From NCBI GenBank assembly GCA_965202985.1, contig CBDBCF010000001.1, positions 2,304,001 to 2,368,000 on the forward strand: a stretch of DNA of 64,000 bases, in the 5' to 3' direction. This document shows, one piece after another, positions 1 to 8,256 of this stretch (the stretch's first letter is position 1; every line of letters starts with the position of its first letter). Made by a program: the position numbers and the translations under genes. The notes below the pieces were generated by a model. That model searched no databases. It was given only the letters and a program-made list of their open reading frames with translations, and was not told where the DNA came from. Source of the DNA: Longimicrobiales bacterium. Its GTDB lineage: Bacteria; Gemmatimonadota; Gemmatimonadetes; Longimicrobiales; Gaopeijiaceae.

Positions 1-1
1 G

Positions 2-1879
2 CTGGCCCACCGCGGTCCCGACGATCACGGCGAGCACTACGCGAGACACGTCGGCTTGGCGCACCGGCGGCTGAGCATCATCGACCTGAGCGAGTCCGGC
101 CGGCAGCCTCTTTCCAACGAGGACGACACGATCTGGGTCGTGTGCAACGGAGAGATCTACAACTTCCGCGATCTGCGCCGGCAGCTGCGCGACCTGGGAC
201 ACGAGTTCCGGTCCGGCACCGACGTGGAGACGCTTGTGCACGGCTACGAGCAGTGGGGCATGGAGCGGCTTCTGGACCGGGTTGCCGGCATGTTCGCCTT
301 TGCGCTTTGGGACGCCTCTCGCGAAGTGCTGTGGCTGGTCCGGGACCGGCTGGGTGTGAAGCCGCTCTACTACGTGCGCAACTCCGCGCAAGTCGTGTTC
401 TCGTCGGAGATCCAGCCCTTGTATCGCCTAGTGGAGATGAACTTGGGCGCGCTGGACAAGCTGTCGCTGGACTACTACCTGTCGCAGTCCTACGTCCCGC
501 CGGACCGGACGATCGTCAAGGGCATCGACAAAATCCCGCCGGCGCACTGGCTTCGCTTCGACCGCTCGGGCGTGGAGGCGTGTCGCTACTGGAACGTGCG
601 CTACGGGGCCGACGCCGCACAAGCCAACGGCTCCGCGCACGCCGAAGATCTTGTGCATCCCGCCGCCCCCGGCGGCCCTTGGAACGGCGAGTTGGAGCGC
701 CTGGATTCGCTGTTGCAGGCCGCAGTCCATCGACGACTTGAAAGCGACGTTCCGCTGGGCGTGTTCCTGAGCGCAGGGATCGATTCGTGCTTGGTGACGG
801 CGATGGCGGCCAAGCAAACGAGCGACCCGTTGCGCACCTACACCGTCGGCTTCGAGGGCGTCTCGGGCAAAGACGACGAATGCGCCGGCGCGCGGCTTGT
901 CGCCGACATGTACGGGACCCGCCACGAAGAGATCGTCGTGCCGGGGGCGGACCGGGACACGATCGACCAAGTGTTGACGGCCGCGGGCGAGCCGTTCGGC
1001 GACAGTTCCGTGCTGCCGTCGCACCTGGTTTGCCGCCACGCCAGGCCGTCGGTCACGGTGGCGCTCACCGGCGACGGCGGCGACGAATCTTTTTGCGGGT
1101 ACAGGCATGTCCACGTGGCCTACCTGGGCTTTCGAGTCCGGTCGGTGGCACCTGCAAAGGTCCTGTCCGGCTTGGAGCGCGCAGGACGCAAGCTGGGCCC
1201 TGCCGCGGCCGGCGTGCCCGGCGTTCGGGAGCTGCTGAAAGCGATCAAGTACGCGCGCATCTCGGAGTTGGCGCTGTTCGACAAGACCATGTGGTGGAAC
1301 GACGGCGCCCGCCGTCCGATCTACGCGCCCGGCTGGGCCGATGCGCTGGCGCCGAGCCAAGCCTTGGACGTATTGGATGCGGCGTTGCAGGAGTCGGACA
1401 CGGGGGACTTCATGTCGCGCATACTGTCCACCGACCTTCGGACGCTGCTCCCGGGCCAGTTCCTGACCAAGATGGACATCGCTAGCAACATGGTGGCGCT
1501 GGAGACCCGGTCGCCCTTCGTGGACCATCGGCTGGTGGAGTACGCGGCCGGCCTGCCCGTGTCGCTGAAGATGCGCGGGTTCCGCCAGAAGGCGATGCTG
1601 CGCAAGTTGGCGTCCCGTTACCTGCCTGCGCGGATCGTCCGCCGTCGCAAGACCGGATTCAGCGCCCCCCAGGGTCCGTGGCGCAAAGCCGACTGGAACG
1701 ACTTGTTGCGCGACTACGTCACGGGCGGGATCGCCCAGCGCCGTGAAGTCTTCCAAGAGGCGCCGATACTGCAAGTCGCGCAGGAACACGCCTCGGGGAA
1801 GGCCAACCACATGTACAAGCTGTGGACGCTGATCTGCTTGGAGCACTGGCTGCGCACGCACATCGACGGAAGTGCGTAG
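2..1879 (+). CDS. asnB: Asparagine synthase (glutamine-hydrolysing), 5'-partial
   Basis: Frame is open from the window start (LAHRGPD...GLAHRRLSIIDL). Motifs NGEIYN, RDRLGVKPLYY, FLSAGIDS, TGDGGDE, ETRSPFVD. Confidence 0.93.
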   Translation: MAHRGPDDHGEHYARHVGLAHRRLSIIDLSESGRQPLSNEDDTIWVVCNGEIYNFRDLRRQLRDLGHEFRSGTDVETLVHGYEQWGMERLLDRVAGMFAFALWDASREVLWLVRDRLGVKPLYYVRNSAQVVFSSEIQPLYRLVEMNLGALDKLSLDYYLSQSYVPPDRTIVKGIDKIPPAHWLRFDRSGVEACRYWNVRYGADAAQANGSAHAEDLVHPAAPGGPWNGELERLDSLLQAAVHRRLESDVPLGVFLSAGIDSCLVTAMAAKQTSDPLRTYTVGFEGVSGKDDECAGARLVADMYGTRHEEIVVPGADRDTIDQVLTAAGEPFGDSSVLPSHLVCRHARPSVTVALTGDGGDESFCGYRHVHVAYLGFRVRSVAPAKVLSGLERAGRKLGPAAAGVPGVRELLKAIKYARISELALFDKTMWWNDGARRPIYAPGWADALAPSQALDVLDAALQESDTGDFMSRILSTDLRTLLPGQFLTKMDIASNMVALETRSPFVDHRLVEYAAGLPVSLKMRGFRQKAMLRKLASRYLPARIVRRRKTGFSAPQGPWRKADWNDLLRDYVTGGIAQRREVFQEAPILQVAQEHASGKANHMYKLWTLICLEHWLRTHIDGSA

Positions 1880-1899
1880 CCGAGCAGCCGTCCCCCAAG

Positions 1900-2628
1900 C
1901 TAGCGCCGCTCGGCGTCCTCCGTATCCGCGCCTCCCCACGTCCGGGCAAAGCGACGCGCCATCGCCGGCCCCGCGCCTGCGTCCTCGTGCTTGAAGAACA
2001 CGAAGAGCTCGTCCCAGCCCTGCTCCCGGAACGCCTGCGCCCACTCCGCCAGCGCTTCGTCGCCGTAGCCGGGCCTTCGCAGCCGCGCATAGCCGAAAGA
2101 CGCCGTCCGCACCACCGGCGCTTTGCCTTCGCCCGTGTCGGAGACGACCAGCGCCGCGCCGGCGTCCGCCAGAGCCTGGTAGGTGTCGTCGGCGAACCAG
2201 CTGTCGTGACGAAACTCGAAGGCGCCGCGCACTTCTCCCGGCATCGCCGCCAAAAAGTCCGCCAAGCGCCCCACGTCCTGCTTCAGGTACGGCGGCAGCT
2301 GGAAAAGGATCGGCCCCAGGTTGTCGCCCAGCGCTTCCGTGGCCGTCCGCGCCAAGTACTCCATGGGCTCGTCGGCGTCCTTAAGGCGCTTCATGTGCGT
2401 GATCCGCTGGTTCGCCTTGAGCACGAATGCAAACCCCTCGGGCACTTGCGCCTTCCACTTCTCCAGCATCTCGGGCCGGGGCAGGCGTCGGAACGTGTAG
2501 TTGATCTCCACGCTGTCCAGCTGCCGGGAGTAGTACTCCAGCATCCGCGTGTTGGGCAGCTTCTCGGGGTAGAAGTGCCCCTTCCACTCCTTGTACGAAA
2601 AGCCGCTGGTGCCGGTGCGAAGCTTCAT
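1900..2628 (-). CDS. DUF72 domain protein
   Basis: N-terminus GTSGFSYKEWKGHFYP; VEINYTF, LGPILFQLPP, AFEFRH and YARLR are typical of DUF72. Confidence 0.9.
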   Translation of the reverse strand: MKLRTGTSGFSYKEWKGHFYPEKLPNTRMLEYYSRQLDSVEINYTFRRLPRPEMLEKWKAQVPEGFAFVLKANQRITHMKRLKDADEPMEYLARTATEALGDNLGPILFQLPPYLKQDVGRLADFLAAMPGEVRGAFEFRHDSWFADDTYQALADAGAALVVSDTGEGKAPVVRTASFGYARLRRPGYGDEALAEWAQAFREQGWDELFVFFKHEDAGAGPAMARRFARTWGGADTEDAERR

Positions 2629-2643
2629 CGGATGTGCATGTCC

Positions 2644-4719
2644 TTATGCGTCGTAGCGTCGTCGAAGTGAAATGACGGCCCGGGGGTCGCCCAGGATCGT
2701 CAACTGGTCGCCGGCCGCGAGCACCGTGTCTCCCTTGGGTACCACGAGCCCGCCCCGCCGACGAATCATGGCCACCAAGGCGTCCCCGGGCAACGACAGG
2801 TCCAGGATGCGCTTGCCCGCCAATCCGGCTGCGGGGCCTCCGGCGGCCAAGTCCAGCACCATCATGTGCTCGTCGCGCAACATCACTTCGCGCAAGGCGT
2901 GGTCGTCGTCGGCCGCGAACCACTCGGCCAAGAAGCCGTCGTCGTCCACGCGCCCCGCGATCTGGGCCAGGATGCGCAAGTGCTGGCCGGGCCGCCCCTG
3001 GGGGCTGGCCAAGAAGAACGCGGCTTGCACGGGACGAGCGGGCGGGGGCGGCGCGTCTTCGGACTCCACGTCGATCCGAATGCCGTCCTGCGCGCGGACC
3101 AGGACCATGCAGGGCTCGGAGATCGAATCCAGCCGCAGGTGCGGCAGGGCCACGCCGTGGGAGACGGGGGTCAGACCCGTGGCCGTTCCGTGCATGAACC
3201 CTTCGACCAGAACTTCCGTCGGCGTGCCGAGCTGCTTCGACAAGACGGCGGACGCTTGCGCCACCAACTCCGAGAACGCCACCGCGCCCTTCGGGTCCAA
3301 CACCGCGGCCGACGCGATCAGCCTTTCGAAGGGGTCCTTGGAGCGCAGTCCCTTCTCCTTCAGGATTTCGCGGAGCTCCTGCTCCAGTCCGGCGTCCCGC
3401 TGCTCGCCCAGGCGGGCGAAGACATGGTAGAGTGCGCCTTCGCGCGAAACGCGGGGCCGCGCGAACCAGCGGAACCAGACCACGCCGAACAGGACGAAGC
3501 CGGCGCTGACCAGCGTCGCCAGCCAGCCCATCTCGATGATCAGCGGGAACGGCATGATCAAGCCGACGACCTGCACCCACGGGTAGAAGGGCGACTTGAA
3601 GCCCGGATCGTAGGATTCGAGGCCGCTTTGGCGCATGACGATCACCGCCAGCGAACTCAACGCGAACATGATCAGCAGGAACGAGCCGGCCAGCTTGGCG
3701 ATCTCCGCCGTGCCGAAGAGCAGCAGCCACGCCACTACGAGCGCCGCCGTGGCCAGCACCGCCGCGTAGGGCGTGCCCCGCTTGTTGATCCGCCCCAAGC
3801 CGCCGGGCAGGATGTGGTCGCGGCTCATGGCCAGCGGGTAGCGGCTGGCCGACAGGACGCCCGAGTTGCCCACCGACAGGAACGCCAGGATCGCCGCGCC
3901 CCCCATGACCATGCCGCCGACGGGTCCGTCCAGCGCGTGCGCCAACGTGGCCGCGGGCGTCAGCAGGCCACCGCCGCTTGCCAGCTCCGGCAGGCCGATC
4001 ACGCCCACCATGACCCACGTGCCCGCGACGTAGAGCACCAGCACGGTCACGAACGCCAGCAGCATCCCGCCCGGAAGGTTGCGCTCGGGGTCCTTCACCT
4101 CTTCCGAGATCGACGCCACCTGCGTGAGGCCCATGTACGACACGATCACCAGCCCCACCGACGACAGGAACGAATCGGGGGCGATCCCGAGCGCGCCTTC
4201 GAACGCCGCCGGGCTTGCCGTGGTCGCCCCCCGGACCACGAACCAGCCCAGGACAGCGACCGTTGCCGCCGTCATGAAGCGCTGGAGCGATCCGACCTTC
4301 TTGGCGCCCAGCAGGTTGAAGACGGCGAACGCCGCCGCGAACGCCAGGGCCGCCGGCTTCGCGGGCGTGTCGGGCCAGTAGATCTGCAGGTAGGCGCCCA
4401 GCCCGACCAGCGCGAACGCCACCTTGAGCGTCAAGGTGCTCCACGTGCCGAAGCCGCCCACGGTGCCGACCATCGGTCCCATGCTCCGGTCCAGGAAGTA
4501 GTAGATGCCGCCGGCGCGGGGCATCGCGGTGGAGAGCTCGGCCATGCTCAACAGGCCGGGGATCAGGCAGATGCCGGCCGCCAAGTACGACGCGGGCAGC
4601 ATCCCGCCGGCCTCGGCGGCGGCGATCCCGGGCAGGAGGAAGAACCCCGAGCTGAGCGTGGCGCCGGTGGCGATGGCGTAGACGTCGAAGAGTCCCAGTT
4701 CCTTCTTGAGCTTGGCCAT
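2644..4719 (-). CDS. APC-family amino-acid permease fused to PTS EIIA-like and TrkA-C (RCK) domains
   Basis: Start taken at MAKLKKELGL. About 12 hydrophobic segments with GATLSSGFF and SEEVKDPERN. C-terminal part has GVALPHLRL (EIIA_2 His) and LVAMIRR..VPKGDTVLAAGDQL (TrkA-C). Confidence 0.85.
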   Translation of the reverse strand: MAKLKKELGLFDVYAIATGATLSSGFFLLPGIAAAEAGGMLPASYLAAGICLIPGLLSMAELSTAMPRAGGIYYFLDRSMGPMVGTVGGFGTWSTLTLKVAFALVGLGAYLQIYWPDTPAKPAALAFAAAFAVFNLLGAKKVGSLQRFMTAATVAVLGWFVVRGATTASPAAFEGALGIAPDSFLSSVGLVIVSYMGLTQVASISEEVKDPERNLPGGMLLAFVTVLVLYVAGTWVMVGVIGLPELASGGGLLTPAATLAHALDGPVGGMVMGGAAILAFLSVGNSGVLSASRYPLAMSRDHILPGGLGRINKRGTPYAAVLATAALVVAWLLLFGTAEIAKLAGSFLLIMFALSSLAVIVMRQSGLESYDPGFKSPFYPWVQVVGLIMPFPLIIEMGWLATLVSAGFVLFGVVWFRWFARPRVSREGALYHVFARLGEQRDAGLEQELREILKEKGLRSKDPFERLIASAAVLDPKGAVAFSELVAQASAVLSKQLGTPTEVLVEGFMHGTATGLTPVSHGVALPHLRLDSISEPCMVLVRAQDGIRIDVESEDAPPPPARPVQAAFFLASPQGRPGQHLRILAQIAGRVDDDGFLAEWFAADDDHALREVMLRDEHMMVLDLAAGGPAAGLAGKRILDLSLPGDALVAMIRRRGGLVVPKGDTVLAAGDQLTILGDPRAVISLRRRYDA

Positions 4720-4859
4720 TGGGCTATGATGTCCGCATGAGAACGTCTGCGACAGTGGGGCCGGCGCCGGGAGCGGCGGGGCGAGGGGCTTCGGCGGTTG
4801 CGATGCGAGCGGCGCTGGGGGAGGCTTCGGCGGTGGCCGGGCGAGCGACGCCGGCGACG

Positions 4860-6920
4860 ATGCGAGCGGCGCTGTCGGCGGCTTTGGCCGCGGCGTGCGC
4901 GATGTCGGCGGGTTGCGTTCGGTCTCTCGAACTGGTGCCCTCGGATGCGCCGACGGTGCTGGCCCGACACGCGCTGGACGAAGAGAACCCGGCTCGACCC
5001 GGACCCCACGAAGTCCTGACGTTGTACTACGGAAGCGGAACCGACAAGAACCGTCCCGAGTACCGCGACTCCGTGGCGATCGCAACGGCGCCGGTGGACG
5101 CCTCCAAGCTCGTCGACCTGGGCGAATCGGCCAAGTCACGGAACGACTACTGGGGCTTCTCGCCCGACAGCTTCCCGATCAACGGCCGCGTGTGGTACCC
5201 CGCCGGGCGCGGCAATGTCGGGTCGGGACCCCATCCGCTGGTCCTGGTCGTCCACGGCAACCACAACATGCGCGAGTTCTCGGACCCCGGCTACGACTGG
5301 CTGGGCGAACTGCTGGCCAGCCGGGGCTACGTCCTGGCGTCGGTGGACATGAACTTCGTCAACGGCGGCATACGAGGCGAGAACGACGCGCGGGGGTGGC
5401 TGCTTCTCAAGCACCTGCAGGCCTGGAAGCGGTTCAACGAGGACCCGGAGAGCCCCTTCCACCGGCGCGTGGACCTGGACGCCGTTGGCCTGATCGGTCA
5501 CTCGAGGGGCGGCGAAGCGGTGGCGCTGTCGGCTGCGTTCAATCGCCTGACGCGCTACCCCGACGACGCCTCTCTGGAGTTCGACTTCGGCTTCGGCATC
5601 AAGGCGGTCGTGGCGATTGCGCCTGTGGACGGCCAGTACCTGCCGGCGGACCAGCGCGCGTCCGTGGAGGACGTGAACTACCTGGTCTTTCACGGCTCTC
5701 ACGACGGCGACGTGACCAGCTTCCACGGCCTGCGCCAGTTCAACCGCGTGCGTTTCGGCGCCCCCGGCGCGTCGGCGACGGGCCGCTTCAAGTCGGCGAT
5801 CTATGTCTACCGCGCCAACCACGGCCAGTGGAACACGGTGTGGGGCGCCCACGACAACGGCCCGCGCAGCCCCCGCATCCTGGACCTCCGCGGGTTGCTG
5901 TCCCCCGAGGACCAGCGCGAGTTCGGGCGCGTCTTCGTGTCCGCGTTCCTGGACGTGTCGCTCATGGGCGACGACCGCTACCGCCCCCTCTTCCGCGACC
6001 ACCGCGTGGCGGGCGGCTGGCTCCCCAAGACGATGTACGTGACCCGGTTCATGGACGACTCGTTCCGCCCCCTCGCCGACTTCGAGGAGGACATCGACGT
6101 GACCACCGGCTCCGCCCCCGGCGTGCGACTGGACGGACGCGATCTGGGCACCTGGCGCGAAGGCCGGCTGCAGCTGCGGTCGAGCAACCGGACCAACACC
6201 TCGTCGTCCCAGCTCAACCAAGCGCTGTGGCTGGGCTGGAACAACGAGTGGGAGGAGGGCGGCGGCGAGGGTGTCGGGTCGGGCGACGCCCGGCCGGTCG
6301 TCGAGCCAGGCAGTCCCGCGCCGGAGGGTCCTCGCTCCAGCAAGGCTGCGCCCCCGGCCGTGTTCACGGTGTCGTTGCCCGCCGGGCTCGCGGAGGCATG
6401 GGAGACGGGGCCGAAGAGCACGCTGGAGATGCATGTGGGTGGCCTGGACGAGGAGCCGGCGCCCCGAGAGCGCCCGAAAGCGGACGACGGCGACGCAGCC
6501 GAACCTTCGGAGTTCGACCGGCCAGACGCTGATCGCACCGGCGACGATGCGAGCGACGACGACGCAAGCGAGAAGCCGCCCTTGGACCTGACCGTGGAGG
6601 CGGAGGACGCCGACGGCGATGCCGCTAGCGTGCGATTGGGCGACTACGGACCGCTGCGACGTCCGCTCAAGATGCGCGTCTACCGCCGCCGAGACGTGGA
6701 GGAGGCGCGCTTCGCCAATCGATGGGAGCTGATCCTGCAGCACTTCTCGATCCCGCTGTCGGACTTCGCCGGTCGAAACCCGGCGTTCGACCCCCGGACT
6801 CTGCGTGTCGTGCGACTGGTGTTCGACCAAGCGCAAGCTGGCACAGTGGTCGTGGACGATGTCGGCCTCTCGCGGCTGCACCCGACGTTCCTGGAAGCGC
6901 GGGTCATTCCGGCAAGGTAG
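4860..6920 (+). CDS. Predicted lipoprotein alpha/beta hydrolase (chlorophyllase-like)
   Basis: Lipobox-like MRAALSAALAAACAMSAGC; VVHGNH, GHSRGG nucleophile elbow, HGSHDGDV, ANHGQWN. Upstream in-frame ATGs at 4737 and 4803 are alternative starts. Confidence 0.8.
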   Translation: MRAALSAALAAACAMSAGCVRSLELVPSDAPTVLARHALDEENPARPGPHEVLTLYYGSGTDKNRPEYRDSVAIATAPVDASKLVDLGESAKSRNDYWGFSPDSFPINGRVWYPAGRGNVGSGPHPLVLVVHGNHNMREFSDPGYDWLGELLASRGYVLASVDMNFVNGGIRGENDARGWLLLKHLQAWKRFNEDPESPFHRRVDLDAVGLIGHSRGGEAVALSAAFNRLTRYPDDASLEFDFGFGIKAVVAIAPVDGQYLPADQRASVEDVNYLVFHGSHDGDVTSFHGLRQFNRVRFGAPGASATGRFKSAIYVYRANHGQWNTVWGAHDNGPRSPRILDLRGLLSPEDQREFGRVFVSAFLDVSLMGDDRYRPLFRDHRVAGGWLPKTMYVTRFMDDSFRPLADFEEDIDVTTGSAPGVRLDGRDLGTWREGRLQLRSSNRTNTSSSQLNQALWLGWNNEWEEGGGEGVGSGDARPVVEPGSPAPEGPRSSKAAPPAVFTVSLPAGLAEAWETGPKSTLEMHVGGLDEEPAPRERPKADDGDAAEPSEFDRPDADRTGDDASDDDASEKPPLDLTVEAEDADGDAASVRLGDYGPLRRPLKMRVYRRRDVEEARFANRWELILQHFSIPLSDFAGRNPAFDPRTLRVVRLVFDQAQAGTVVVDDVGLSRLHPTFLEARVIPAR

Positions 6921-7020
6921 ATTGATTCCCCAGACGACTCGGGGCGCATCCCAAGTCCGCTACGTTCAGGTCATGCCACCTGGGGTCGTCACGGAATCCC
7001 TCAACCATAGGCGAAGCTCA

Positions 7021-7650
7021 ATGAGCAGAGAGGCCGAGGTACTCGTAGGTGCCGCATGGAGATTTCTCTTGGCGACGCTCTCCGCTCTGTGCTTGTTCGA
7101 AAAGGCTCCGCTGTCCGCCCAGGCGTCTGGGAGTGACTGGGACGACTTGCCCCTCTTGATTCGGAAAGCCGAAACCGAAATGGACTACTGCGCGGAAGCC
7201 GGCAGGCTGACGCACTTCGGCCCCGAGTGGACCCTGGCTTCCAACTACTGGGACCGAGGGTACCAAGCCTATCAGGATGGGCGCAGCTACGAGCCTCAGG
7301 TCGACTCGATGCTGGCAGTCCTTCGTGGCGTTGGTTGCGGCGATGACTTCGGGGACGACCGGATCAATCTGCTCCGGGCGACGGAGTTCAGCCCCTGCCG
7401 CTTGTCCAACGTGTTGGGATTGGTCGAACCAGGGCGCGTGTCTCCGCCCACTCCTCTGGGGCAGAGGCGCGTAGTCGGGCGTGTGTCCGGCGTTCCCGAC
7501 GGAACCCAGGTCTGGTTGTGGGCTTTTTCGGCGTTCCACGACGATGTGCTCGACGGCCAGCTGACGTATGTCCAAGCGGGTGGCTTCGAAGTCTATTTCG
7601 ACACGTCGGAACGGATTTGGTATGTGAGGTGTCTTCCCGAGGCGCCCTGA
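7021..7650 (+). CDS. Hypothetical secreted protein
   Basis: ATG at 7021; signal-peptide-like N-terminus (RFLLATLSALCL..PLSAQA); no family recognised. Confidence 0.55.
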   Translation: MSREAEVLVGAAWRFLLATLSALCLFEKAPLSAQASGSDWDDLPLLIRKAETEMDYCAEAGRLTHFGPEWTLASNYWDRGYQAYQDGRSYEPQVDSMLAVLRGVGCGDDFGDDRINLLRATEFSPCRLSNVLGLVEPGRVSPPTPLGQRRVVGRVSGVPDGTQVWLWAFSAFHDDVLDGQLTYVQAGGFEVYFDTSERIWYVRCLPEAP

Positions 7651-7676
7651 CAAGCTACCCCATAACAGGAAGGTCA

Positions 7677-7961
7677 ATGAGCAAAGATGTCGAGGGTTCT
7701 CGCAGGCGCTTCCTGAAGCGTTTCCGCGCGCGCCGGCGCGATCCGGGGCGTTTTCGTGGAGCAAGGCACCGAGGCGGGTTCGAGGGACCCGAGAACGTTC
7801 CGCCCCTGCAACCGCACCAAGTTCCCCTGATCGTGGTGGACGGCATCGCAGTGAGACCGAAGATCGCCCCCGCGGACAGCACGCCGACACCCCCCGGCCG
7901 GCCGGTCGGTGCAGGAGCCGCCCAGTCGGTGTCGGAGCCGCCCAAGGCAGAGGAGGACTAG
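7677..7961 (+). CDS. Hypothetical small basic/Pro-rich protein
   Basis: ATG preceded by AGGAAGG; fills the gap between two genes; no motif. Confidence 0.35.
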   Translation: MSKDVEGSRRRFLKRFRARRRDPGRFRGARHRGGFEGPENVPPLQPHQVPLIVVDGIAVRPKIAPADSTPTPPGRPVGAGAAQSVSEPPKAEED

Positions 7962-8194
7962 GCCCGTCCGTCCGGGGTGCCCGAGCCGTCCCCTGCCGCC
8001 ACCTCGCCCCCGGCGCTCGCGCGGCATGCAGGGCACCGTACCAGCAGCCGGTTCCGCACGTACGACACGTCGCGTCTGGGGCCGGACCGCACGACCGCGC
8101 AGGCGGCGCCGCATCGGGGACACGGGGGAGCGACCGCGCCGGATGCCGCGCTGGCCAGCAGGGCTTCTTTCTCTTTCGCGGTGAAATGGACCAT
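7958..8194 (-). CDS. Small zinc-ribbon protein
   Basis: MVHFTAKEKEALL...CPRC...CPAC, two CxxC pairs. Confidence 0.6.
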   Translation of the reverse strand: MVHFTAKEKEALLASAASGAVAPPCPRCGAACAVVRSGPRRDVSYVRNRLLVRCPACRASAGGEVAAGDGSGTPDGRA

Positions 8195-8256
8195 CTTGGT
8201 GGGCTGATCCTTGGCCGACGCCAGCAAATCCGGGGTTCCGAGTGTCCTTGAAGGTT

